Below, piece by piece: positions 43,265 to 52,396 of a stretch of 64,000 bases of DNA. A model generated the notes under the pieces. The model had not been told where the DNA came from, searched no databases, and saw only the letters and a list, made by a program, of their open reading frames with translations. Position numbers and translations under genes: made by a program. Position 1 is the first letter of the stretch; every line of letters starts with the position of its first letter. The stretch is from Gemmatimonadales bacterium (GTDB taxonomy: Bacteria > Gemmatimonadota > Gemmatimonadetes > Gemmatimonadales > GWC2-71-9), in assembly GCA_965249575.1 (NCBI GenBank), contig OZ252244.1, positions 1,536,001 to 1,600,000 of the forward strand. The letters are read 5' to 3'.

Positions 43265-43620
43265 GGATCACACCCAATGTCGGTTACGAATCGATCGACC
43301 CGTCGTGCCCCCGCCGTGGGGGACGTAACTGATACCGAGACACGGGCTCGCCGGCCGCCCACGCGTGCAGACGTCCACGAGAGCGAGTAGCGACCTCGGA
43401 CCTCAAACCCCTGATCCACCCGGGAGCACCCACCCGCTCGCAGTGTCTCGACGCGCGCGGCGGCCAGGGAGGCCACCTCCGTGAAGCGCCTTCCCTGTCC
43501 GATCATCAGATAAGTGAGTCCAAAACCGTGGGCGAGCCCGACGAGTCCGACGCCGAGAACCGTGATCGCGACCAACACCTCAATCAGGGAAAGGCCGGCC
43601 CGGCCACCGACGCTACGCAC
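43261..43620 (-). CDS. PilV-like minor pilin
   Basis: Prepilin G|LSLIEVLVAITVL; RBS GGAGG 6 nt before GTG. Confidence 0.8.
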   Translation of the reverse strand: MRSVGGRAGLSLIEVLVAITVLGVGLVGLAHGFGLTYLMIGQGRRFTEVASLAAARVETLRAGGCSRVDQGFEVRGRYSLSWTSARVGGRRARVSVSVTSPTAGARRVDRFVTDIGCDP

Positions 43621-43739
43621 CTCATGCCTCCTTCGACTCGACAGGCTGCCGAAGGTAGGCCGACTCAGCGGTTCGAGGGCTACCTTTTCTTGTTCAGCGG
43701 GGCGGAATTGCGCGGCCTAAGTCGTCGTGCGGGATGTCC

Positions 43740-44129
43740 TCACGCACACTTGGGCACGCCTTCCTTGATCGCGGGGGGTAGCGGGGCCGCACTCCCTACG
43801 TAGATGACGCATTGCTTGAGGGTCTGCGTGTGCGAGGCTGTGCCCTGCCATCCGCTCGGAGTTGCTCCGGAGAGAGCCACCGCGACACCGGTCGAAGCCA
43901 CGTAGAAGAGGCTCGCGGACGGTATGGCTCCGCCGTAATACGCCTGATTGTCGTACTGGTAGGATTCCTGTGCGGTCGCGAGGTTCCGGAGATCCGACTT
44001 CATCGTGGACAGGTACGCCTGTTCCTTGCTGCTCGCGAATTTCGGGATCGCGATCGCCGCGAGGATGCCAAGGATGACCACCACGATAAGGAGTTCGATG
44101 AGCGTGAAGCCGTCTCGTCGCGAGCGCAT
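43740..44129 (-). CDS. Type IVa pilin, second tandem copy
   Basis: MRSRRDG|FTLIELLIVVVILGILAAIAIPKF; C-terminal Cys pair. Confidence 0.92.
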   Translation of the reverse strand: MRSRRDGFTLIELLIVVVILGILAAIAIPKFASSKEQAYLSTMKSDLRNLATAQESYQYDNQAYYGGAIPSASLFYVASTGVAVALSGATPSGWQGTASHTQTLKQCVIYVGSAAPLPPAIKEGVPKCA

Positions 44130-44221
44130 ATCCCCATCCCGTAGGTGCAAGTGAAGTAGGTTGCGCGCCCCGGGGGTGACGGCGGCCGAAACCGCCACCA
44201 CCCCGGTACACGCAGGCTACA

Positions 44222-44596
44222 TCAGGTGCACTTAGGCGCACCTTCTTGGGTCGCAGGCGCCAAGGCAGTCGTACCCACGTAGATCGCGCAGGTCTTCGTG
44301 GTCAGGTTGTGACCGACCGACGCGGTGAAGCCATCGGCCGTAACGGTGATCGTCGGCGCGGTAACGCCGCTCGAGACCGTGTACACCGCAGCAGCCAGGG
44401 CGCTGGTATATGCGGTGTTGTCGGAGAAATAGTCCTCTTCAGCGGTGATGAGGTTCCGGAGGTTGGACTTCATCGTCGTGAGATAAGCCTTCTCCTTCGT
44501 GTTGGCGAACTTCGGAATCGCGATGGCGGCCAAAATACCAATAATGACCACGACGATCAGAAGCTCGATCAGGGTGAAGCCCTTGCGGTTCAACAT
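44222..44596 (-). CDS. pilA: Type IVa major pilin
   Basis: MLNRKG|FTLIELLIVVVIIGILAAIAIPKF; RBS AGGAGGAG; own sigma54 promoter. Confidence 0.92.
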   Translation of the reverse strand: MLNRKGFTLIELLIVVVIIGILAAIAIPKFANTKEKAYLTTMKSNLRNLITAEEDYFSDNTAYTSALAAAVYTVSSGVTAPTITVTADGFTASVGHNLTTKTCAIYVGTTALAPATQEGAPKCT

Positions 44597-44678
44597 TGCT
44601 CCTCCTGCTTTAAGTGAACGACTCCAACTACGTTGCTGCCGAGCCTCTGACGGGAAGAGGCCGCCGGCAACACCCTGA

Positions 44679-44694
44679 AGCAAGCGCTGTGCCC
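44679..44694 (-). promoter_or_regulatory. Sigma54 (-24/-12) promoter of pilA
   Basis: GGGCAC-AGCGC-TTGCT with exact GG-N10-GC spacing. Confidence 0.8.
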
Positions 44695-44712
44695 TGCCCT
44701 GATCCTGCAGCG

Positions 44713-44725
44713 TAACCAACTGATA
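44713..44725 (-). promoter_or_regulatory. IHF-binding site
   Basis: TATCAGTTGGTTA matches WATCARNNNNTTR and lies in an AT-rich patch just upstream of the sigma54 promoter. Confidence 0.65.
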
Positions 44726-44869
44726 ATTATAGGATTACATTGTCGCGAGCGGCCGGGCACCCTGCTCATTTTCACCCCTCAAGGCCGCTTAATGCAAGGC
44801 CTTTCGGAAGTCGCAAGACCCTGGGCGATGGTCCCCGCAAGCCGTTGTAGACAAAAACCTTACGGCCGA

Positions 44870-46726
44870 TCAAGCTCGATTCCGGTGGCCGGCACTGCCG
44901 TCGCAGGCCAGGAATGCCGCCTCCCAGCGCTCAGCTCGGCCCGGGCCGAGCGAAGGGGTGAGGATCCGCAGGGTCGGCCGCGCGATCTCGATCTCGGGAC
45001 AGTGCGTCACTGAGGGTGGGGATGCGGCAAGATCTGCCGACAGCGAGTCCAATCGATCGATCGCCTCGATCGGTCTGCCTATCAGCCACGCAAGCCTGGC
45101 CTCGGCGAGTAGGCGCCGCCATTCCTCCGCGTCCGTCGCGCGCAGGGCACCGACGAGTGTTTCGGCGGCGGCTACACTGGCCGGAGCACGCTGGACCCCC
45201 TCGAGTGACGTCCTCACAGCTGCGCCGCCGAGGCCGTTGCTGAGCTGGGCCTGCACCAGAGACCGCGCCACCACCGGTTCGCGCGGCGCGATTTCATAGG
45301 CTCGCTCGCTTGCAGCGAGGGCCACTCCACGACGTCCGACGGCGTCCGCCATTCGCGCGGCGAAAATGGGAACGAACGGATCCCGATCGAACAGAGCCCC
45401 CGACACCAGGTATTCGCTCAGGGCCCGCGTGGAGTCCCCCGCGCGGGCGATCAGATCCCCCAGCAGCAGCCGGGCGCGATAGCTCTCTGGGTGATCCGTG
45501 GCTTCTTCGATGACCGGTGTGATGGGATCGCGCCAGAACGGAGTGCGGGTGACGGTCCTGCCACCGAACACGACCGAGACGACAACGAGCGAGCCGACAG
45601 CCAGGCGCACGTGCCGCTCTTGCGATACCCTCGAGAGGAGCCATCCCGCCGCCAAGGCGGGAAAGAGTACCGGCAGGTAGAGCGCCCGCTCCGCGAGCAC
45701 CACCCCCGAGGCAAACATCAGATTCGACGTTGGCGCATAGCTTGCGGCTGCGACCAGTATTCCAAAGCTCACCGCAGGCGCGCGGCGGTAGGCGGCAAGG
45801 CCCAGCCCGACAACGGCGGACACCATGACAAGACCCAGGGCGGCGATCGCCGTGAAACTCGTCCGAAACGGAATGACCTGGGGGTTGTAATCCGACGAGA
45901 GATCCATCGGCCAGATCAAGAGACGGATAACGTCCAGTTGAACCGGGAGCATCATCGCGGCCCGCTCGAGGACCGTCAGGTCATAGAAGACCGCCGTGGC
46001 GCCGGTCCCAACGAACCCGCCAACGATCGCCCGCCAAAGAAACAGCCAGGCTGCGGTGACCGCCAACGCTCCGGCGTACAGGGACCCCATCGCGCTCCGG
46101 CGCGCCGGCTCCGGATCGAAGAAGTGGTCGAGCCCGAGGATCACTACCGCGATCGCGGCATGCTCCTTTGCCAGCAGTGCGATGGTGACCGTCAGTAGCG
46201 ATCCGACAAACCAGAGGCGGGATCGCAGTCCGGGGTCGGAGCGGCGGTATTGCCGCGCCATGAGCACGGCGCCAAGCAGCGCGGCGGCCGCCAAGATTTC
46301 GGCGCGCCCGACCACGTTGGAGACCGCCTCGACATGAACCGGGTGCACAGCGAAAATCAACCCAGCGGCGGCCGCACCGACACGCGGCAGCCACGCAAGC
46401 GCCACGAGAACGACCAGCGCCGTTGTTCCCGCGTGCAGCACGACATTCGTGAGGTGGAATACCCATACTTCGCCTCCCCCGATCACCCAATCGATCGCGT
46501 ATGACAAGACGATCAGGGGCCGATAGAGGCCGGCCGCAACGAGCGGGGGGGGCCAATAGGGAGCAAACCAGTTCCCGAGCGCACCACCGAGCGAGTGAGC
46601 AGCCGCGTTGTCTCGAATGACGGCGAGGTCATCGCCGGCCCACCCGTTCGCGAGGGAGGCCGCAAACACGAGGCACGCCACCGCTACGGGGATCCAAATC
46701 GCCCGTTTCTGTGTCACGCGGGACAC
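44870..46726 (-). CDS. TMTC-like GT-C membrane glycosyltransferase with C-terminal TPR-like helices
   Basis: GDDLAVIRDN, YRPL, FHLTNVVLH, FAVHPVHVEAVSNVVGRAEIL, LAKE, WPMDLSSDY and AERALYLP. Confidence 0.82.
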   Translation of the reverse strand: MSRVTQKRAIWIPVAVACLVFAASLANGWAGDDLAVIRDNAAAHSLGGALGNWFAPYWPPPLVAAGLYRPLIVLSYAIDWVIGGGEVWVFHLTNVVLHAGTTALVVLVALAWLPRVGAAAAGLIFAVHPVHVEAVSNVVGRAEILAAAALLGAVLMARQYRRSDPGLRSRLWFVGSLLTVTIALLAKEHAAIAVVILGLDHFFDPEPARRSAMGSLYAGALAVTAAWLFLWRAIVGGFVGTGATAVFYDLTVLERAAMMLPVQLDVIRLLIWPMDLSSDYNPQVIPFRTSFTAIAALGLVMVSAVVGLGLAAYRRAPAVSFGILVAAASYAPTSNLMFASGVVLAERALYLPVLFPALAAGWLLSRVSQERHVRLAVGSLVVVSVVFGGRTVTRTPFWRDPITPVIEEATDHPESYRARLLLGDLIARAGDSTRALSEYLVSGALFDRDPFVPIFAARMADAVGRRGVALAASERAYEIAPREPVVARSLVQAQLSNGLGGAAVRTSLEGVQRAPASVAAAETLVGALRATDAEEWRRLLAEARLAWLIGRPIEAIDRLDSLSADLAASPPSVTHCPEIEIARPTLRILTPSLGPGRAERWEAAFLACDGSAGHRNRA

Positions 46727-48216
46727 TCAAAGCGATACAGCGCGGGCCCGTCGGCGAGCTCGAACATTAGGACCAATGGCGATGGGTCGTCGGCGGCGAG
46801 CGCGTTGACGAGCGGTGCCGCCTCGGTGTCGGGCCCGGTCAGCAGGACATGGGTAACGCCGCTCGCGCAAAAGTATTCCAGCGTAGTCGGCCGACCCAAT
46901 GGCTCGGTGTCACGGCCGTGCCACCTGAAGAGGTAGCTCGGCACGGTCAAGCGGCCCGTATACAGGTGGAACAACGCCTCGCCCTCCGAGGCGATCACGG
47001 CGTCAGAGGGCGTTGAGTTCGCAACCGCCGAGACGGTCCACCGGAGAGGATCGCTGATACCCACCGACGTCTGCGCGAACCCGCGCTCGATCAGCGACAC
47101 AGCTTGCCGCCTTCCAAAGCCGAACGCGAGCGCGAGAATCAGAATGCCGACGAACGCCCTCCCGGCGGTTCCCCACCGCCACGCAGCCCCCGCACCACGG
47201 GCGCCCAGCAGGAAGACCCACGGCACGACGATCCACATGAAACGATCGGGTGCGAAGGGCCACAGGGTGACCGCCAACACATAGAAACCAAGCGACCAAA
47301 CCAAAGCGGGCGCGTTTCGGAAGAGCGTACGTGCCCCCAGGGCGACGGCTCCGAACAGCCCTAGGGCAAGCGGAGCGGTTACCCAGACGGGCGCCGCCGG
47401 CAACGTGAGTCTCGCGATTGGCCCGAGGCCTCTCAGGTCCAATCCGGCAGCAAAGGCGCCGATGCCGGCTTGCCGGGCCTCGGTGAAGTAGCTGCCGTAG
47501 TTTGCCGCGATCGGAGGCTCGACTTCGCCCGCGTGAAGCGCGAGCCAGACAAGCCATGGAGTGACGACGGCCATTGCGGTGCCCGCGGCGGCGGCGGCGG
47601 CCCGCTTCTGTCCGCGCATCCACAAGGCCAGGGTGACTCCGGTTACGACTGCGACACCAATACTGCGAGTGAGCATCGCGGCCCCAGCGAGCACTCCAAC
47701 GAGAACTGCGGACGGGAGCGTCACTCTTTCGCGATCGGCGAATGCCACCGCCGAAGCCCCGAGTAGCAGGAAGAGCGCCTCCGAAAACCGGACTCCAACC
47801 ACGGTGAGCAACGGAAAGGCGGTGAACCCGATGGCAAGCACAAGGTGCCCGCCGACGGACTCGACACCACAGCGCCGTGCATGGCTTGCGATGACCCAAG
47901 CCGCTCCCCCCAGGACGGCGGAGTCGAAGATCTGAAACAGAACGACATTGTCCGGGAACGCCGGCCAGAGACGCCAGAGGAGGCTGAGCGCCGCTGGATA
48001 CAAGAACGGGTAATGGAGACCTGGAGGCGCCCCCGGCAGGTGGGGGTAGCGGTATCCGCTGCCTTCGGCCATTGCCTTGGCCAGCGCGACGTAGACCCCG
48101 TCGTCGAAGAACACGCCTACCAGACTGTCGGTCTGCGCCCAGAGCGCGATGAGAAACACGCCGAGTGCAAGGAACTGCGGCCACTCGGCGGGCACCCGAG
48201 ACGAAAGCAGCCTCAC
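46714..48216 (-). CDS. GT-C fold membrane glycosyltransferase (ArnT/PMT-like)
   Basis: First-loop DD motif (FFDDGVYVALAK), YPFLYP, FSEALF, LTRSIG; many TM helices. Confidence 0.75.
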   Translation of the reverse strand: MRLLSSRVPAEWPQFLALGVFLIALWAQTDSLVGVFFDDGVYVALAKAMAEGSGYRYPHLPGAPPGLHYPFLYPAALSLLWRLWPAFPDNVVLFQIFDSAVLGGAAWVIASHARRCGVESVGGHLVLAIGFTAFPLLTVVGVRFSEALFLLLGASAVAFADRERVTLPSAVLVGVLAGAAMLTRSIGVAVVTGVTLALWMRGQKRAAAAAAGTAMAVVTPWLVWLALHAGEVEPPIAANYGSYFTEARQAGIGAFAAGLDLRGLGPIARLTLPAAPVWVTAPLALGLFGAVALGARTLFRNAPALVWSLGFYVLAVTLWPFAPDRFMWIVVPWVFLLGARGAGAAWRWGTAGRAFVGILILALAFGFGRRQAVSLIERGFAQTSVGISDPLRWTVSAVANSTPSDAVIASEGEALFHLYTGRLTVPSYLFRWHGRDTEPLGRPTTLEYFCASGVTHVLLTGPDTEAAPLVNALAADDPSPLVLMFELADGPALYRFECPA

Positions 48217-50210
48217 GGCGCTGCGCCCACGACGCCCGGTGTCCTACCCACCCGTGTCAGCCTGGGGAGGGAATCCGGGTGAGCGGAGCCGGGGGTCCAC
48301 CGATACACCTCGCGATCGGGATATTGCTCGAGCAAGCCGGCGTTCCGGTCGAATAGATTTCGAGCCCACACGTTCCCCGACTCGAGATCCACCGGGTTTC
48401 GCCAGGCGAGATTGCCGTAGACCGTAAAACCAGCCAGGTCCCGCTGAAGCTCCGTCTGGCACGTTGGAGGCAAGGTCCGATCGGTTCGCAGCCGGAGCGA
48501 TGGATCCGGTGCCCCGGGCACGCGGGGCGTTGCCGGCACTGCGTCTTGGGTCGCCCGCTCGAGCTGGCTGTTGAGTTCGACGGCGGTCATGCTGTTGGCC
48601 CGGGCGTCACGTGCCAGGCCGTCCAGGTCGCAGAGGTCAACGCGCCTGTAGGCTCGCTCCACCAAGCCGGGTAGAGCCCCAAGGGCCCACAACTCGGCGA
48701 CCACCCGGCTGCCCCAACTCTCGTCGACGAGGACTAGGGCGCGGCCGGCGCCGGCTTCCTCGAGGATCTGCTCCGGGTGAAGTTTGAACGACGGGAGACT
48801 GCCGCGGTAGCTCGCAAACCTAGCCGGCACAAAGCTCAACCATCCCCAAACCAGCACGATGACGGCGGCGGCGATCAGACTCGCATCTGCGTGGAGGAGG
48901 TGGGAATCGGCCCGCCACGCCAGCCGTCGGGCCCAGCGCCATCCCCGCGCGGTTGCGATCGCCAAAAAGGGGACGGCCACGTAGTAGAAGCGGGGTCCCA
49001 GGTAGAACCCGGAATGCCAGTAGAGGGCGTACAGGACTGGAGCGGCGGCTACGCCGATCGCGACGACGAGATCGGCCGGATGGCGGTGCTTCGCCACCAG
49101 CGCCCACACCGCGAGTGGCAGCAGCGCGGGTATGGGCCATTCGTATAGATAGATGTGCAATCGCTGAATGGCGACGGCCATGTTGCTGAGGGCAACCAGC
49201 GGTGTGTACGCTTCTCCGTACGGGTCGATGTGAAATCCGAGGCCATGTGCGGGGCCGTACAGTGTGGTATACCCCAGCAGCGCCGGGCTCCCATACAGGC
49301 GCCAGTTCACGAAACCCCAGGCACCAAGAATCGGCAGCGCTCCAATCGTTAACCAGAGCGCATGGCGCCAGCGGCTCCGCCATGCAATCCACGCACCGAT
49401 CGGCATGGCGGCGGCGACCGCATCGAGCGGACGAGTGGCGGCGAGTGCCGCCAGGGAACAGCCTGCGCCAAGCAGGTGTGCCACCCCCGGCTGCCGTGCT
49501 CCCCAAACGAACGCCCAGGCGCAAGGTGCGAGCGTGGCGGCGGCGACGTGGTTCATGTACGTGGCCGACATGAACATCACCCAGGCCGAGGCCGCCCATA
49601 GAAACGCTGCGACGCCTGCCGTCTTCGGACCGTAGAGTCCGCGCGCGAGCCAGTAGACGAGCGCGACGCTCACGCCCCCCAGCACCGGGTTCACGAGCCA
49701 CTCGGCACCCATGAGCCAGCCAAGGGCGAGCAGGACACTTTCCCCCGGCGGGAACTGCGATACCCATCCCGCGGGCGTGATCGAAGTCAACTGGAAGAGA
49801 AACGCCGCCTCTGGCTCCGGGACCGGCGCCGCCAGACGGCCCGACGCGAGAATCTTCGCCTGAAATAGTTGCGCGACCTCGTCGATCAGATGTGGATTGC
49901 GGGCGAAGGCGGCAACCATGGTGAAAGCGGCGAGTACTGTGAAGGCGGGCGGCAGAATGAAGGCGAGCGCGCGTGGTGACAGGCCCACTCGCAGGCGGGC
50001 GGTTGGAACAACCTGGCGGGCCAGGCGTCCCGCCAGGACCGCACCCACCAGCGTGAGTCCGATCCCGTATCCCCAAACAGCGACGTGCGGACCCCATGCC
50101 GCCGGACCCTGATCCGTCGCGCCAATCCACCGGGCCAGCGGAGCGGCGGGGAGGACGATGAGCGCCATGCCTATGGTGCGCCATGTCCACCGCGCCACCC
50201 CTTGGCTCAT
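48213..50210 (-). CDS. GT-C fold membrane glycosyltransferase (ArnT/PMT-like)
   Basis: [10 protein letters not shown] (DE motif), SQFPPG, YMNH, TRPLDA, GPRFY; many TM helices. Confidence 0.75.
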   Translation of the reverse strand: MSQGVARWTWRTIGMALIVLPAAPLARWIGATDQGPAAWGPHVAVWGYGIGLTLVGAVLAGRLARQVVPTARLRVGLSPRALAFILPPAFTVLAAFTMVAAFARNPHLIDEVAQLFQAKILASGRLAAPVPEPEAAFLFQLTSITPAGWVSQFPPGESVLLALGWLMGAEWLVNPVLGGVSVALVYWLARGLYGPKTAGVAAFLWAASAWVMFMSATYMNHVAAATLAPCAWAFVWGARQPGVAHLLGAGCSLAALAATRPLDAVAAAMPIGAWIAWRSRWRHALWLTIGALPILGAWGFVNWRLYGSPALLGYTTLYGPAHGLGFHIDPYGEAYTPLVALSNMAVAIQRLHIYLYEWPIPALLPLAVWALVAKHRHPADLVVAIGVAAAPVLYALYWHSGFYLGPRFYYVAVPFLAIATARGWRWARRLAWRADSHLLHADASLIAAAVIVLVWGWLSFVPARFASYRGSLPSFKLHPEQILEEAGAGRALVLVDESWGSRVVAELWALGALPGLVERAYRRVDLCDLDGLARDARANSMTAVELNSQLERATQDAVPATPRVPGAPDPSLRLRTDRTLPPTCQTELQRDLAGFTVYGNLAWRNPVDLESGNVWARNLFDRNAGLLEQYPDREVYRWTPGSAHPDSLPRLTRVGRTPGVVGAAP

Positions 50211-50962
50211 TTCAGACGCGCTTTTGGAGTAAACACATTGAACCGGAAGATGTGCCAGAGGGCGGCGATCCCATCACGCCATCCGATCTTCTTGCCCTCG
50301 CTGTACGTGCGCCCATTGTAGCTGATCGGCACTTCCCAAATGCGAGCGTGCGCCCTCGACAGGCGCGCGGTCAATTCCACCTCGATTCCGAAACGATCAG
50401 ATACCAGAGGCAGCGACTTCATCAAGTCGGCCCGAACCATCTTGTAACAGGTCTCCATGTCCGTGACATTCAGGTCGGTGCACATGTTGGAGATAAGCGT
50501 GAGCAGCTTATTCCCCATGTAGTGCCAGAAGTACAGCACCCGGTGCGGCCCGGCTTGAAAGCGCGAGCCGAACACGGCATCGGCCTTTCCGCTCCGTATG
50601 GGATCCAGGAGGTTCGGCAATTCCAGTGGATCGTATTCGAGATCGGCGTCTTGGATGACGATCACGTCCCCGGTCGCTGCTTCGATGCCGGCTCGCACGG
50701 CCGCCCCCTTGCCACGGTTGCCGTCATGGTGGATAACCCGGTGGAGGGCGCCCGACTCGCTCAGTTTGTCGAGGATCGCCCCGGTCCCGTCGGCAGAGCC
50801 GTCGTTCACGGCCACGATCTCCACTCTCAGCGGCACGTCGGCAAAACGACAAACGGCGTGCTCGATCGTCGCCTCCTCGTTGTAGGCAGGCATGACGACG
50901 GATACCACGGTGTCATTCCAGTCGCGGACTGAGTTCACCCGGGGTACCTCGCGTCCGGCCAA
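50207..50962 (-). CDS. GT2 glycosyltransferase, DPM1/polyprenol-phosphate-sugar synthase-like
   Basis: [47 protein letters not shown] and EVPISY..R. Confidence 0.9.
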   Translation of the reverse strand: MAGREVPRVNSVRDWNDTVVSVVMPAYNEEATIEHAVCRFADVPLRVEIVAVNDGSADGTGAILDKLSESGALHRVIHHDGNRGKGAAVRAGIEAATGDVIVIQDADLEYDPLELPNLLDPIRSGKADAVFGSRFQAGPHRVLYFWHYMGNKLLTLISNMCTDLNVTDMETCYKMVRADLMKSLPLVSDRFGIEVELTARLSRAHARIWEVPISYNGRTYSEGKKIGWRDGIAALWHIFRFNVFTPKARLK

Positions 50963-50998
50963 ACGGTTGACGGAGTCGGAGCGGAAGCTAGTCCAGCC

Positions 50999-52396
50999 TT
51001 ATTCTGTTTGGTCTCGCGAGGCCGGCGATGACGGCTCTTCGTAGCGCGACAGCTTTCGGTAGAGCGTCGACGGATCAATGCCCAGCACGTCCGCCGCTCG
51101 GCTCTTGTTCCCGCCCTCAGCGGCGAGAACCCACATGATGTAGGCACGTTCGATGATCTCGAGCGTTGGGTTCTCGTGAGGACGCTCAGTCACCACCGGA
51201 CGGGCCTTACGAGTGGTGATTCGCTCGGGTAGTGTCGCGCGAGAGATGTCGGTCGCCCGGCTCAAAATCGCCGCATGCTCCAAGGCGTTTTCAAGTTCCC
51301 GGACGTTGCCGGGCCAGTCGTACGAAAGAACGGTATCGAGCGCGTCCGGGTCGAGCCGCTTCGTGGGCTCGGATCGCTCCTTCGCAATGTTCTGGAGAAA
51401 AGCATCCGCCAGAATGGGGATGTCCTCGCGCCGCTCGCGGAGGGGCGGCAGGTGGAGCGCAATCACGTTGAGCCGGTAGTATAGATCTGACCGAAACCGG
51501 CCCTTTCGAATTTCCTCATCGAGATCGCGGTTGGTCGCCGCGACGACGCGGACGTCGACCGGAATCGGCTCGGTCCCGCCCACTGGCAGGGCCTCGCGCT
51601 CCTGCAGGATCCGCAGGAGCTTCACCTGCGTCGCCGGCGTCATCTCGGCAATCTCATCCAGGAAGAATGTGCCGCCTCGCGCCGCCGCAAAGAGCCCTTG
51701 CTTGTCGCGCACCGCACCGGTGAACGACCCCTTCATGTGGCCGAACAGTTCCGACTCCAGGAGACTCTCGGGAAGTGCCCCGCAGTTGAGTGAGAGAAAG
51801 GGGCCGTCATTGCGCTGCGAAAGCTCGTGGATGTAGCGGGCCACGACCTCCTTGCCGGTTCCGCTCTCGCCTTGGATAAGCACCGTTGAATCGGTAGGGG
51901 CCACCTCTTCCGCAAGACGAAGTACTTCGGTGAAGCGCTTGGCCTGACCTAGGACTTTCCTCCCCCGAGTGCGGTCTCGCCGCTTGATCTCCCGTTTGAG
52001 TTGCTTGTTCTCCGACCGCAGCTGTCGGTACTCCGAAGCACGGCGCAGGATGGCGAGGAGATCGTCGTTCGAGAATGGCTTCTGGATGTAGTAGAACGCA
52101 CCTTGATTGACCGCCTGGATCGCCGACTGCAGCGACGCTTGGGCGGTCATGAGAATCACTGGCGTCTCGGGATCCTGCTCCCGTGCGGCGTTGAGGATGT
52201 CGATACCCGAAACCTGCGGCATCCGGACATCGGAAAGGACGATGTCGGGCGCGGTGCTCTTGATGGCCTCGAGCGCAGCCTTTCCCCCCTGCACCGTTTC
52301 GACGGTGAACCCAGAGTTCTTCAGCAAGATGCGCAACGTTCCGAGGATGCCGGACTCGTCATCGACGACAAGCACGGAGGGCAGCTGCCTGCTCAT
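50999..52396 (-). CDS. pilR: Sigma54-dependent response regulator, PilR-like
   Basis: REC (VVDDE, SDVRMP, KP) + AAA (GESGTGKE, GSFTGA) + HTH; paired with a kinase inside the pilus locus. Confidence 0.85.
   Translation of the reverse strand: MSRQLPSVLVVDDESGILGTLRILLKNSGFTVETVQGGKAALEAIKSTAPDIVLSDVRMPQVSGIDILNAAREQDPETPVILMTAQASLQSAIQAVNQGAFYYIQKPFSNDDLLAILRRASEYRQLRSENKQLKREIKRRDRTRGRKVLGQAKRFTEVLRLAEEVAPTDSTVLIQGESGTGKEVVARYIHELSQRNDGPFLSLNCGALPESLLESELFGHMKGSFTGAVRDKQGLFAAARGGTFFLDEIAEMTPATQVKLLRILQEREALPVGGTEPIPVDVRVVAATNRDLDEEIRKGRFRSDLYYRLNVIALHLPPLRERREDIPILADAFLQNIAKERSEPTKRLDPDALDTVLSYDWPGNVRELENALEHAAILSRATDISRATLPERITTRKARPVVTERPHENPTLEIIERAYIMWVLAAEGGNKSRAADVLGIDPSTLYRKLSRYEEPSSPASRDQTE

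Noticed and set aside
43740..44596. Electrically conductive e-pili
   Set aside because: Position 27 is not aromatic, aromatic content is only about 8-9% by my count, no cytochrome genes are in the window, and the e-pilus criteria are themselves disputed.
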